Of a stretch of DNA of 64,000 nt, positions 1 to 9,833 are shown piece after piece. Location: positions 160,001-224,000 of the forward strand of contig CAWBOS010000015.1 in assembly GCA_963790475.1 (NCBI GenBank). The letters are read 5' to 3'. The notes beneath the pieces were generated by a model, which had not been told where the DNA came from, did no database searches, and saw nothing but the letters and a program-made list of their open reading frames with translations. The DNA is from an uncultured delta proteobacterium (GTDB taxonomy: Bacteria; Desulfobacterota; RBG-13-43-22). Each line of letters begins with the position of its first letter. Position 1 is the first letter of the stretch. A program made the position numbers and the translations under genes.

Positions 1-429
1 TTCATCGGTGAAGCCTTCCAGATAAGGATGATCGACCACATATACCCGATCAGCCCCGTGTTCAATCAGGCGGTTGGCGGAGGCGGAGACTTCTTTCCCC
101 AGCAAAACCGCCGATAGAGATACCTTCAGCGTATCCGCCAATTCCCGGCCCTTATGCAGCAACTCATAAGCCACTTCAGCTATCTTCCCCAGGCGTTGTT
201 CGGCAAAAATCATGACCCCGGAATAGTCCCGGGAACCTTCACCTTTTTCCAGCACAGGGACGACTATGGCCCCTGTCGGACATCCGTCCGCACAGGCCCC
301 GCATAGAGTGCACTGATCATTGACCGAGGCCTTTCCCTCCTTCATTTCCAAGGCATCGAAAGGGCAGACCGAGACGCAAGCTTCACAGCCGGTACATTTT
401 TCTAAATCAATCTGGGTTTGAAGTGGCAT
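1..429 (-). CDS. etfA: Electron transfer flavoprotein alpha subunit with N-terminal 2x[4Fe-4S] ferredoxin domain (partial, runs off the window start)
   Basis: Manual translation from ATG 429: MPLQTQIDLEKCTGCEACVSVCPFDA...QCTLCGACADGCPTGA, then ETF-alpha-like GVMIFAEQRLGKIAEVAYELL...GADRVYVVDHP; directly downstream of etfB. Confidence 0.9.
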   Translation of the reverse strand, partial: MPLQTQIDLEKCTGCEACVSVCPFDALEMKEGKASVNDQCTLCGACADGCPTGAIVVPVLEKGEGSRDYSGVMIFAEQRLGKIAEVAYELLHKGRELADTLKVSLSAVLLGKEVSASANRLIEHGADRVYVVDHPYLEGFTDE

Positions 430-468
430 CTTCCTTTGCTTCTTTGCTACAAGCTGTCTGTTTAATAT

Positions 469-551
469 TGAATTCAGAATTCAGGAGTCAGAATCCAAAA
501 TGAATAAAATTTTTCCTGTCTTCCGGCTTCTGAATTCTGGATTCTGAATTT
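469..551. repeat. Imperfect inverted repeat built from 7-mer tandem units (ATTCAGA/ATTCAGG/AGTCAGA vs TTCTGAA/TTCTGGA)
   Basis: Seen directly in the etfB-etfA intergenic region. Confidence 0.7.
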
Positions 552-560
552 ATTATTTAT

Positions 561-1349
561 TCACGGTATCAATTTCAAGATTTTCAACTTGTCCAGTATC
601 TGAATCACCTGTTCTCCGGCTGTTCCCTCAATCCATTCCCTTTCTTTCAGTCTGGGTGGAGGAAAAACTTTAATGACCTGTGTGGCCGACCCCTGCAAAC
701 CCACCCGGTCAGGATCCGCTGCCAACTCCTTAGTTCCAAAGACTTCGACCTTTTGGGATTTGGCCCTCATTTTTCCCTTCAGGGAAGGAACCCGGGGTTC
801 ATTGATTTCCTTTACTACAGTGAGCAAAGCCGGCAAGGGCAGTTCCAACCGATCGTAACCGTCGTCCATCAGACGTTGGACACGAATCAGTCCGCCTCCG
901 ATCTCTTCGATTTTGCGCACCCAGGTCACATAGGGAATAGACAATCTTTCGGCAATCCCCGGTCCTACCTGGGCCGTATCGCCGTCTACGGCCTGCTTTC
1001 CGCAGAGGATTAAGTCAAAGGTCCCAATCCTTTCAATCCCCTTGGCCAGGGTATAAGAGGTCGCCCAGGTATCAGCCCCGGCAAAGGCCCGATCGGATAG
1101 TAAAACCGCCTCATCGGCCCCGTAGGAGATGGCCTCTCGCAAAGAGGATTCGGCTTGAGGGGGTCCCATGGAACAGACTGTCACCTTCCCTCCCAACCGG
1201 TCCTTCAGGCGCAATCCTTCCTCCAGGGCATACATGTCGAAAGGATTGATGATACTTTCCACCCCTTCCCGGATCAAGGTATGGGTCTTTTCATCCAGAC
1301 GAATCTGCCGGGTATCCGGAACTTGTTTGATACAGACGATGATGTGCAT
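561..1349 (-). CDS. etfB: Electron transfer flavoprotein beta subunit
   Basis: MHIIVCIKQVPD, INPFD, DRAFAGADTWAT, GKQAVDGDTAQVGP motifs. Confidence 0.95.
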   Translation of the reverse strand: MHIIVCIKQVPDTRQIRLDEKTHTLIREGVESIINPFDMYALEEGLRLKDRLGGKVTVCSMGPPQAESSLREAISYGADEAVLLSDRAFAGADTWATSYTLAKGIERIGTFDLILCGKQAVDGDTAQVGPGIAERLSIPYVTWVRKIEEIGGGLIRVQRLMDDGYDRLELPLPALLTVVKEINEPRVPSLKGKMRAKSQKVEVFGTKELAADPDRVGLQGSATQVIKVFPPPRLKEREWIEGTAGEQVIQILDKLKILKLIP

Positions 1350-1357
1350 TATTTATA

Positions 1358-1428
1358 AAGGGTCCAAGGTTTCAAGGGGTAAAGAGGTTCGATCAGTCTT
1401 TACCCTTAAACCTTGGACCTTAAACCCT
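1358..1428. repeat. Octamer-tandem inverted repeat element, copy 1 (GGGTCCAA/GGTTTCAA/GGGGTAAA arms)
   Basis: Self-complementary arms; related to elements at 35080 and 38480. Confidence 0.7.
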
Positions 1429-2588
1429 TAACCTTTCTTCCGTCCCCCTTCTTTATTGAGTTCCTGGCCGATGATATTTCGCTGAACCTGATTGGTGCCT
1501 TCATAGATCTGGAGGATCTTGGCGTCGCGCATCATTTTCTCCACCGGATAGTCTCTCATGTAGCCGGTTCCTCCTAAAACCTGGACGGCATCAGTGGTCA
1601 CCTTCATCGCCGCATCACTGGCAAAAACCTTGGCCATGGCTGAGATCTTGGAGACATCTTTGGCCCCGCTGTCAATAAAGCGGGCCGCCGAATAAACCAG
1701 GGCCCGGGCGGCTTCCGTCAATGTCGCCATATCGGCCAGCATATGTTGAACAGCCTGAAAAGTGATAATCGGTTTTCCGAACTGTATCCGGGTCCGGGCG
1801 AAGGAAACCGCCTCGTCCAACGCCCCCTGGGCCAGGCCGACCGCCTGGGCCCCGACACCGGGACGTGACTGATCAAAGGTTTTCATGGCTACAATGAATC
1901 CCATCCCCTCCCGGGCGATGATCCGGTCTTTGGGGATACGACATTGATTGAAAATCAGTTCCCCGGTGGTTGAAGCCCGGATGCCCATCTTACTTTCTTT
2001 TTTGCCGAAACCGAAACCCGGGTCCCCTTTTTCGACAATAAAGGCGCTCGCCCCCCGGGGGCCTTTACTACGGTCGGTAATAGCAATGACCGAGTAGAGG
2101 TCAGCTTCCCCGGCATTAGTGATCCACTGCTTGGTCCCATTCAGGACATATTCGCTACCTTTCAACTCGGCCATGGTCATGATACCCCCGGCATCACTGC
2201 CGGCTGTTGATTCGGTCAAGGCAAAGGCCGCTAATTTTCGTCCGGAGGCAATCTCAGTCAGGTATTTCTTTTTTTGTTCTTCACTTCCATAGAGGAGGAT
2301 GGGATATGCTCCCAGACCGCTGGCCGCAAAACTGGTGGAAACCCCCAGGCAGGCCCTGCTCAATTCTTCCACGGCCAAACAGTTTTCAAAAGAGCCGCCC
2401 CCGAACCCGCCGTATTCCTGCGGGATACAAACCCCGAACAGATCCGATTGGGCAATCACTTTCAATAACTCGCGGGGGAATTCTTCTTTTTCGTCCAATT
2501 CGGCCCGGACTGGTTTGATCTTCTCGTCGGCGATCTTCTGAGCAATCTCCTTGATCATCTGCTGTTCTTCAGTAAGAAAATAGTCCAT
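1428..2588 (-). CDS. Acyl-CoA dehydrogenase (butyryl-CoA dehydrogenase-like)
   Basis: FALTESTAGSD, LNGTKQWITN, KMGIRAS, QIYEGTNQVQR (catalytic Glu) motifs; in operon with etfBA. Confidence 0.93.
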   Translation of the reverse strand: MDYFLTEEQQMIKEIAQKIADEKIKPVRAELDEKEEFPRELLKVIAQSDLFGVCIPQEYGGFGGGSFENCLAVEELSRACLGVSTSFAASGLGAYPILLYGSEEQKKKYLTEIASGRKLAAFALTESTAGSDAGGIMTMAELKGSEYVLNGTKQWITNAGEADLYSVIAITDRSKGPRGASAFIVEKGDPGFGFGKKESKMGIRASTTGELIFNQCRIPKDRIIAREGMGFIVAMKTFDQSRPGVGAQAVGLAQGALDEAVSFARTRIQFGKPIITFQAVQHMLADMATLTEAARALVYSAARFIDSGAKDVSKISAMAKVFASDAAMKVTTDAVQVLGGTGYMRDYPVEKMMRDAKILQIYEGTNQVQRNIIGQELNKEGGRKKG

Positions 2589-2754
2589 CTCCTGCCCTTT
2601 CCCTATTGAATAATTTTTTTATCAACCGAACCGGGTCTGACCTATATAAGGTTTTGTTCTCCATAGTAAGAAAGATCAACAAACATTTATTTTGATCTTT
2701 AACGTTGCCTTTCGCCTTTTGAACTTGAGGCCATAAGTTCTTAGCCCCGCCGGC

Positions 2755-3813
2755 TCAGGAACTTATCTTCTTCTTGATGGAATCCCAAAAACGATGAGGT
2801 TTGCGATAGTAGGCTTCGTTATTTTTCAGTCCTTCCAGGACATGTTCGGTCATCCGGTTTTGAACCGCCTGGCCCGCTACCCGAATGGCATTCATGATTG
2901 CCCTCGGATTGGAAGCCCCATGACTGACCACCACCACCCCATCGACGCCTAACAGGGGAACCCCTCCGTATTCGGCATAGTCCACCCTTTTCGAAAAGCG
3001 TTTAAAGGCCGGTTTCATGAAGAGGAACCCGATCTTGGAGCCCAGGCTGGAACTTATTTCTTCTTTTAACATAACCTTTACGGTTTCAGCCAGACCTTCG
3101 CTTAACTTCAGACAGATATTACCGACAAATCCATCACAAACAATAACATCAACCTTCCCGCTGAAAATGTCCCTTCCTTCCACATTGCCGATGAAATTCA
3201 AGGGGGTCTTTTTCAAAATATCCGCCGTCTGATGAACCAGATCATTTCCTTTGGATTCTTCTTCACCGATACTCATGATCCCCACCCTGGGGTTAGGACG
3301 TTTCATGATGTACCGGGCCAACGGCTCGGCCATAATAGCGAACTGGACCAACTGGGAGGCCGTGCAATCCACATTGGCCCCCACATCGATCACCAGGGTT
3401 GAAGAGGATTGGGAAGGAAGAATGGCCCCCAGGGCCGGTCTTTCCACGCCGTGCAGTTTTCCTAAAACTACCACCCCTAAGGCCATGGTCGCTCCTGAAT
3501 TACCGGCACTCACGACACCATCGGCCTCTCCCTTCTTGACCAGTTCCAAGGCCACTCTGATAGAGGCATCCTTTTTCCTGCGGATGACATCAATGGGGGA
3601 TTCACCCATTCCGGCCACTTCGGTGCAATGCCGAACGGTGATCAGGTTTGGATTATAGGTCAACCCGGTCAGTTCCTTGGCGATGACATCCTGGTTTCCC
3701 ACCAGGATCAAGGGGATTCCCAATTCCCTGGCAGCCAAAACCGCCCCATTCACCACCGCGGCAGGGGCGTAGTCGCCACCCATGGCATCAACAGCTATCG
3801 TAATAGACTTCAA
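2755..3813 (-). CDS. plsX: Phosphate acyltransferase PlsX
   Basis: IAVDAMGGDYAP, VSAGNSGA, DVGANVD, GNVEGRD, CDGFVGN motifs; follows rpmF. Confidence 0.96.
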   Translation of the reverse strand: MKSITIAVDAMGGDYAPAAVVNGAVLAARELGIPLILVGNQDVIAKELTGLTYNPNLITVRHCTEVAGMGESPIDVIRRKKDASIRVALELVKKGEADGVVSAGNSGATMALGVVVLGKLHGVERPALGAILPSQSSSTLVIDVGANVDCTASQLVQFAIMAEPLARYIMKRPNPRVGIMSIGEEESKGNDLVHQTADILKKTPLNFIGNVEGRDIFSGKVDVIVCDGFVGNICLKLSEGLAETVKVMLKEEISSSLGSKIGFLFMKPAFKRFSKRVDYAEYGGVPLLGVDGVVVVSHGASNPRAIMNAIRVAGQAVQNRMTEHVLEGLKNNEAYYRKPHRFWDSIKKKISS

Positions 3814-3884
3814 AGGATACCATCCACTAAAATTGTCTAAAGAATTGAAATTTATTAACCCTGCAACAAATAAACTTAAAATCC

Positions 3885-4012
3885 AAACGGCTTTGCAAAA
3901 AGCTCCAGAGGCGAGGCGCGCAAATTCTGAGGAGTGAAGCGTACTAACTACTACACTGCAAAAATGAAGAATTCAGCGCAACAAAGCCTTTGGATTTTTT
4001 ATGAAGCCATTT
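3885..4012. mobile_element. ~128-bp MITE-like element with imperfect terminal inverted repeats
   Basis: AAACGGCTTTGCAAAAAGCTCCA ... TGGATTTTTTATGAAGCCATTT; non-coding; abuts the rpmF stop codon. Confidence 0.6.
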
Positions 4013-4201
4013 CTAGGATTTTTCTTCTTCAAGGATTGTGACCTGGCGACCCCGATAAGTCCCACAGGAAGGACAGGCAAAATGGGGCAACTTAGGTTCA
4101 TGACATTGCGGACAACGGGAAACCGAAGGGGCTGTCAGGGCATCATGAGCCCTTCGTTTCCCTGCGCGGGCTCTGGAATGTCTTCTCTTTGGTAAAGGCA
4201 T
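4013..4201 (-). CDS. rpmF: 50S ribosomal protein L32
   Basis: MPLPKRRHSRAR...CPQC...PHFACPSCGTY zinc-ribbon; yceD-rpmF-plsX synteny. Confidence 0.97.
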   Translation of the reverse strand: MPLPKRRHSRARAGKRRAHDALTAPSVSRCPQCHEPKLPHFACPSCGTYRGRQVTILEEEKS

Positions 4202-4361
4202 CGAATTTCCTCCAATTAGCTTGTTACTATCTTAGGATCTTAAAAACAAAATTTTTATCACGCTTAACCGCTTCCTGAAAAATACCGAAAGCCGGCATTC
4301 TTCATCCCGGCACCGCTCGGATCAAGCTTGCAGCCGGCCGGGTGACGACTTGACCTTTTTT

Positions 4362-4904
4362 TCAAACATTAAAATTTCTCAAGGCTGAAAAAGGGCTGTT
4401 CTCTTCTTTGGATTTGCAATCGCAGGGATTCACATTTCTGTCCTCCCCGCAGATCGGACAGAGACCCAGGCAAGATTCCCGGCATAAAGGTTTTATGGGA
4501 ATGGCCAGGATCATCTCTTCCAAAATCCTTTCGGACAGGTCCAGGACCCCCTCTTGGACCAGGCCGGTTTCCAGATCTTCGACTTGTAAGCTTGAATCTT
4601 TTTCTTTGTCCGAAGACTTCAGAGGGGCCGAAATCAGACGCCATTCCAACCCAATGGGTTCATCAAGGGTTTTCAGGAACGGTTCCAGGCACCGGCTGCA
4701 ATGAAGCTTGATCTTCCCCTTGACCCTCCCTCGAAACAGAATCCCCTGACCGGTTTTGGTCAATTCCCCCTGAACCTCCGCTGGACCTGAGGGAGCAAAC
4801 CCAAGGGACCTTTCCTGAGCAATTTCCTTGAACCAGGCGGGCTCCAAAAGGAAATCGATAGAAAGCCCTTCAACCGGAATGGTATCTACTTTAATTGGTT
4901 TCAT
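4362..4904 (-). CDS. yceD: YceD/DUF177 family protein
   Basis: CSRCL, PIKPLCRESCLGLCPICG motifs; upstream of rpmF. Confidence 0.92.
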   Translation of the reverse strand: MKPIKVDTIPVEGLSIDFLLEPAWFKEIAQERSLGFAPSGPAEVQGELTKTGQGILFRGRVKGKIKLHCSRCLEPFLKTLDEPIGLEWRLISAPLKSSDKEKDSSLQVEDLETGLVQEGVLDLSERILEEMILAIPIKPLCRESCLGLCPICGEDRNVNPCDCKSKEENSPFSALRNFNV

Positions 4905-5030
4905 TTCTTATAAGGTAAGGGTTCCTTACCATTAGCAAAATAAACCATTAACTATAGTAAAAGTTATAATTTTGTCAAGAAAATTCGCCTTTGGGTTGCC
5001 TTTGGAAGAGAATTATGATAGATAGCGGCC

Positions 5031-6431
5031 ATGAACAAAATAAGAACCCGCTTTCCACCAAGCCCCACCGGCTATCTACACATCGGCGGGGCCAGAACCG
5101 CCCTATTTAATTGGCTTTTCGCCAGGCAGCAGGGAGGGGTTTTTGTCCTGCGAATAGAAGATACCGACCAGGCCCGCTCCACCGATGAGGCCACCCGGGC
5201 CATTCTGGAAGGCCTGAAATGGCTGGGGCTCGATTGGGATGAAGGTCCTTTTTTTCAGTCTCAACGTACTGAAATATATCGACAATTTATTTTAGACCTT
5301 CTGAACCAGGGCAAGGCCTACTACTGCAATTGTTCCGCGGAACTGCTGGAAAATAAAAGGGAAATCGCCCGGGCGGCAGGACAGAAACCCAAATATGACG
5401 GGACCTGCCGGGAAAAAAAATTAGGTCCAGGCCCCCAGACAGTGGTCCGGCTAAAGAACCCCCAGACCGGGACTACCGGTTTTGATGATCTGATCCGGGG
5501 ACCCATCGTTTTTCCCAATGAGGAATTGGATGATCTGATCCTGGCCCGCAGCGACGGCTCTCCCACCTATCATCTGGCCGTTGTTGTTGATGACATAACG
5601 ATGGAAATCACTCATATCATTCGAGGAGACGACCATCTCAACAATACGCCACGGCAAATCCAAATTTATCAGGCCCTGGGCCGGCCTCTGCCCCGTTTTG
5701 GACATGTGCCCATGATTTTGGGACCGGACAAGACCCGTCTCAGTAAACGTCATGGGGCCACATCGGTCCTGGCCTATAAGGATCTGGGCTTTCTGCCTCA
5801 GGCCTTGATCAACTATCTGGTTCGCCTGGGCTGGGCCCATGGCGACGAGGAGATCTTCAGCCGGCAAGAAATGATCGATAGATTTTCTCTGGCCCAGGTG
5901 GGGAAATCAGCCGGGGTTTTCAACCAGGAAAAACTCCTGTGGCTAAACAGCCATTATATCAAGGAGTCCAACGATCAGGAACTAGCCGTTTTGCTGGCCC
6001 CTTTTCTTGAGGTAAAAGGCTTCCAGAATCTGGATTTGGACTATATCGCCAAGTGTGCCGCAACCTTGAAAATGCGTTCCAAGACCCTGGTAGAAATGGC
6101 AGATGCCGCGGATTTTTATCTTAAGGAAGAGGCGAACTATCAGCCTGAAGCAGCAAAAAAATTCTTTTCTCCTGAAACCATCCCCTGGATGGAGATAGTG
6201 ACCGAATCCTTTTCCAATCTGACCGATTGGAATGAATCTGCCCTGGAATCGGCCTTCAGCCGGATCCTCGAACGGACCGGGACGACCATGAAACAGATTG
6301 CCCCGCCCCTGCGTCTGGCCCTGACCGGTAAGACAGCCAGCCCCGGTCTCTTTGAGGTTATGGCCGCCATGGGTAAAGAAAGGACTTTGACTCGTTTAAA
6401 CAGGGCACTTAATTTTATCAAAGGTCTGTAA
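5031..6431 (+). CDS. gltX: Glutamate--tRNA ligase
   Basis: RFPPSPTGYLHIGG (HIGH), LRIEDTD, RLSKRHG (KMSKS-like). Confidence 0.97.
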   Translation: MNKIRTRFPPSPTGYLHIGGARTALFNWLFARQQGGVFVLRIEDTDQARSTDEATRAILEGLKWLGLDWDEGPFFQSQRTEIYRQFILDLLNQGKAYYCNCSAELLENKREIARAAGQKPKYDGTCREKKLGPGPQTVVRLKNPQTGTTGFDDLIRGPIVFPNEELDDLILARSDGSPTYHLAVVVDDITMEITHIIRGDDHLNNTPRQIQIYQALGRPLPRFGHVPMILGPDKTRLSKRHGATSVLAYKDLGFLPQALINYLVRLGWAHGDEEIFSRQEMIDRFSLAQVGKSAGVFNQEKLLWLNSHYIKESNDQELAVLLAPFLEVKGFQNLDLDYIAKCAATLKMRSKTLVEMADAADFYLKEEANYQPEAAKKFFSPETIPWMEIVTESFSNLTDWNESALESAFSRILERTGTTMKQIAPPLRLALTGKTASPGLFEVMAAMGKERTLTRLNRALNFIKGL

Positions 6432-6598
6432 GAGAACACAAAAGCGCTTGATTTTTTTTGATTCTTATTCTATCTTAAAATTAACTTAAAGCACTCGGCG
6501 TTCAATTTAGGTCATGCTCCCTGACTAGACATTTTTTTCGCCGAACGCCCCTGCCCATCGCAGGCACTTTACGACAAACATTTTCTCTTTTTTACAAC

Positions 6599-6672
6599 TG
6601 GGGGATCGTCTAACGGCAAGACTGTAGACTCTGGATCTACCTATCGGGGTTCGAATCCCTGTCCCCCAGCCA
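6599..6672 (+). tRNA. tRNA-Gln(CTG)
   Basis: Acceptor stem TGGGGGA/TCCCCCA, anticodon arm GTAGA-CTCTGGA-TCTAC, T-loop TTCGAAT, encoded CCA. Confidence 0.95.
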
Positions 6673-6776
6673 TTTTTTTTGAGGTCAAACTGAATTGAAA
6701 CAATAAAGTCAGAGTTTAGATTTTGACTTCTGACGCCGAACACCGAACGCCCAACCCCGAACTTCTTTTTCTACAG

Positions 6777-6852
6777 GGTCCCATCGTCTAGTGGCCTAGG
6801 ACACCGGCCTCTCACGCCGGTAACACGGGTTCGAACCCCGTTGGGACCACCA
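6777..6852 (+). tRNA. tRNA-Glu(CTC)
   Basis: Acceptor stem GGTCCCA/TGGGACC, anticodon arm CCGGC-CTCTCAC-GCCGG, T-loop TTCGAAC, encoded CCA. Confidence 0.95.
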
Positions 6853-7000
6853 AAAAAATAAAATTAAATTGATTTCTTACTTAACCGCTTCCAAGGCCGT
6901 TTTATCAGAATTCCTTAATGAAGGCTCCGCTAATGGTCAAGATGCCTTCCTCCCCGTTAATTGGCCAAGGGCCAAATCCGGGATTTGAGCTGTTGAGAGA

Positions 7001-7234
7001 TTAACGCCGGGCTGAAATTTTTTCTTCAACATATTCGGCGATCAGGCGAATGGTCTTTAATTTGGGATAATCGTCCTCATCGATTGCAATCTTGTATTCA
7101 TCCTGCAAGACCAAGGCTACCGTGGCCAAGTCCATGCTATCAATCCCAAGTTCATCAATCAGGTCCAAATCGGGATTGAATGTCTCTACCGTCACATCTT
7201 CCAGCTTGAGTTCAAAAATAGGGAAAATAAGCAT
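7001..7234 (-). CDS. Acyl carrier protein (N-terminus possibly shortened)
   Basis: DELGIDSMD phosphopantetheine site; small acidic protein. Confidence 0.85.
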   Translation of the reverse strand: MLIFPIFELKLEDVTVETFNPDLDLIDELGIDSMDLATVALVLQDEYKIAIDEDDYPKLKTIRLIAEYVEEKISARR

Positions 7235-7492
7235 ATTATTTATTTAATATTGACAACGTCAATGGTTATGGATAGGATTTTTTCAATCATATCCTGAATC
7301 AAAAATTGGGGGTCCTCTTAGTATTAATAATAACGACGGCAAATCGTAAGACGTTGTTTTGGACAGCGTTGACGCTTGGTAATGGTTCGCCGCTTCGGAA
7401 TTCGGGATCGGTCCACCTGGGAGCATAAAAAATTTCAAAGAGATCAGAACTGTCCGACCTGTTAAACTAGGTGATGTGGAATTTTAGATCAT

Positions 7493-7930
7493 ATGTCTAC
7501 CTCCCCGGATGATTGGCTACCTCTTCAGAAACCCTGGATTACCCCCGAAGGGCGGTGGGAATCCCGGGTACGATTTGAACCCGATTCGGAGTGGTTTTCC
7601 GGGCACTTCGAAAAAATCCCCTTGCTGCCCGGTGTGGCCCTCCTGGCCTTGGTCTCCGAAATGGTGAAAAGACAAGGCCTGGAAAACGGACGGCTTCTTG
7701 AGGTTGTCGGTTTTTCCAGGGTTAGGTTCAAACTCTTGGTTCTCCCGGGTAAAGAATTGTACATTTCCGTAGCGGCCATGCCAAGCGATCCTGAAGCTAA
7801 ACTGGATTTTAAGATAACCTGTCAGGACGAACTCGTTGTCCAGGGTTTCTTGAAAGCCCGGGCAGGAGGTGCCTCCCGGTCAGGAAGCGATGAGACCGCA
7901 CCTGCCAGAGCCCGGATCAAAGAGCGGTAA
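7493..7930 (+). CDS. FabA/FabZ-like hotdog-fold dehydratase (ApeI-like)
   Basis: WFSGHFEKIPLLPGVA motif, VRFKLLVLPG. Confidence 0.8.
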   Translation: MSTSPDDWLPLQKPWITPEGRWESRVRFEPDSEWFSGHFEKIPLLPGVALLALVSEMVKRQGLENGRLLEVVGFSRVRFKLLVLPGKELYISVAAMPSDPEAKLDFKITCQDELVVQGFLKARAGGASRSGSDETAPARARIKER

Positions 7931-8177
7931 AGACATCCGACTCAAACATAGGATACCGGGGCCTAAGACCAACCTTTTTTGGTGATACCCGTCGTATCAT
8001 TGTCAGCCTTTTTTCAGATGGAGCACGGAAGATAGGGGTAGTCAGAAGGTCCAAAGACCAGGTGAAATTTGCCGTTCTCCCAAACAATCAGCGAGGGGGC
8101 GGTTCCTCTGGGGAAGTCTGATAAGCTTGGCCTCATCTCTTGAACAATATGGATTGAGTTGATGGGGGAGAAAAAAA

Positions 8178-8639
8178 ATGGACCCGAACGAATTTTTTCC
8201 GGCTGGACCTCTGATCCCGCACCGGCGTCGCATGAGTCTCTTGGAATGGGTAAAGAGACCCATAAAGAAAACCCTGGTGGCAGAAGCCACTGTAAACCCT
8301 GACTGGCCTCTTCACCAGGATGGAATAGTGAGTTCCGTGATCAGTATCGAACTTGTGACCCAAGCTATCGCTGCCCTGAGAACATGGGATTTAGGAAAAG
8401 GGGCCGAAGCGCGACCTGGGTTCCTGGTTGGGGTCAAAGAGGCCACCTTCTCTTCTTCCAGCTTTCCTGTGGGGAAAAGGCTCGTTATCCAAATTGCAGA
8501 ACTTCACCATCTCGATGAATATGCCATATATGAAGGTCAAGTCAGCTCCGAGCCGGACTTCTTCTGCAAAACCACGATCCAGGTCATGGAAGCCGGGAAG
8601 GAAATCCTTTCCACTCTTAAGCCACAACAGAGGATCTGA
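8178..8639 (+). CDS. Hotdog-fold 3-hydroxyacyl-ACP dehydratase (ApeP-like)
   Basis: LIPHRRRMSLL, IELVTQAIA, PGFLVGVK motifs. Confidence 0.8.
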   Translation: MDPNEFFPAGPLIPHRRRMSLLEWVKRPIKKTLVAEATVNPDWPLHQDGIVSSVISIELVTQAIAALRTWDLGKGAEARPGFLVGVKEATFSSSSFPVGKRLVIQIAELHHLDEYAIYEGQVSSEPDFFCKTTIQVMEAGKEILSTLKPQQRI

Positions 8640-8662
8640 CTCAGGGAGAAAGAGATTTAGAC

Positions 8663-9400
8663 ATGAAACCTTTATTGCCAATGCAGGTCGCCCTGGTTAC
8701 GGGCGGGAGCCGGGGAATCGGACGGGCCATCTGTCTGGAACTGGCCGGGAACGGCCATTATGTGATTGTCAATTATCACTCCAACTCCAAGGCGGCTGAA
8801 GAGACCCTGGCCCTGATTCACCAAGCCGGAGGGAAGGGAGAGACCGTCTGTTTCGATGTGGCCGACAAAGAAGAGATCGAAAAAAGCCTGGAGACCCTTT
8901 TAACCCGCCACGAAGCCATTGATATCCTGATAAACAATGCCGGCGCGGCTGCTGACAGTCTTTTTGTCCTCATGTCCCCCGAAGAATGGACCAGGGTTAT
9001 TAACATCTCCTTAAATGGGTTTTACAATGTCACCCAGCCCATCCTCAAAAAGATGGTCACCCGGAAGCATGGCCACATTGTGATCATCTCTTCCGTATCG
9101 GCCAAACTCGGCCATCGCGGTCAGACCAACTATTCGGCCGCCAAGGCCGGACTCGAAGGGGCCTGTCGATCCCTGGCTTCGGAAGTGGCCCGTCTGGGTA
9201 TCCGGGTCAACTGTGTGGCCCCCGGTCTGATCGAGACGGAGATGATTCAGGCCGTTCCCAGGGACTTGATTAAACAGATCGTCCCTATGGGCCGTGTGGG
9301 ACTTCCTGAAGAAGTGGCCAAAGTGGTCCGGTTTCTCTGTTCCGCGGATGCCTCCTATATTACCGGCCAGGTCATCTCGGTTAATGGGGGCATGTTTTAA
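8663..9400 (+). CDS. fabG: 3-oxoacyl-ACP reductase (FabG family)
   Basis: TGGSRGIG, NNAG, YSAAK, YITGQVISVNGG. Confidence 0.9.
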   Translation: MKPLLPMQVALVTGGSRGIGRAICLELAGNGHYVIVNYHSNSKAAEETLALIHQAGGKGETVCFDVADKEEIEKSLETLLTRHEAIDILINNAGAAADSLFVLMSPEEWTRVINISLNGFYNVTQPILKKMVTRKHGHIVIISSVSAKLGHRGQTNYSAAKAGLEGACRSLASEVARLGIRVNCVAPGLIETEMIQAVPRDLIKQIVPMGRVGLPEEVAKVVRFLCSADASYITGQVISVNGGMF

Positions 9401-9564
9401 AAATTGCTTCTCGTCCATGTCCGGGAATGAATCCGGCACCAAGACCAAAAGCCATCGAAATTGAGATCAATTCTGAGTTCATGAATTAAGGGGTAGAAAT
9501 TTGAGTAACATTGTGGTAAATGAAAGCCGGAAGCAAAAAAATTAACAAGACTAGGTTCACTATT

Positions 9565-9819
9565 ATGACACGGGAAGAGCTACAGAAGGAAATATTAAAA
9601 ATTCTATCCAGAGAATTTGAAATCGAAAATCCAGATTTGGATGACAATTTAAGAGAGAAGTATGAGTTTGACAGTGTCGACGCCATAGAGCTTTTGATAG
9701 CGATTGAAGAATTATTAAAAACGGAACTGACTCAGGAAGAAAAAAAGCAGGCGATGGATATTCGAACGATTAATCATATTTGCGATTATGTGGAGGCTTT
9801 GGCTAAGACAAGAGCCTGA
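9565..9819 (+). CDS. Acyl carrier protein
   Basis: YEFDSVDAIEL Ser motif; ATG 9565 preferred over 9520 on ACP length. Confidence 0.88.
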   Translation: MTREELQKEILKILSREFEIENPDLDDNLREKYEFDSVDAIELLIAIEELLKTELTQEEKKQAMDIRTINHICDYVEALAKTRA

Positions 9820-9833
9820 AATGTGAATCCATT

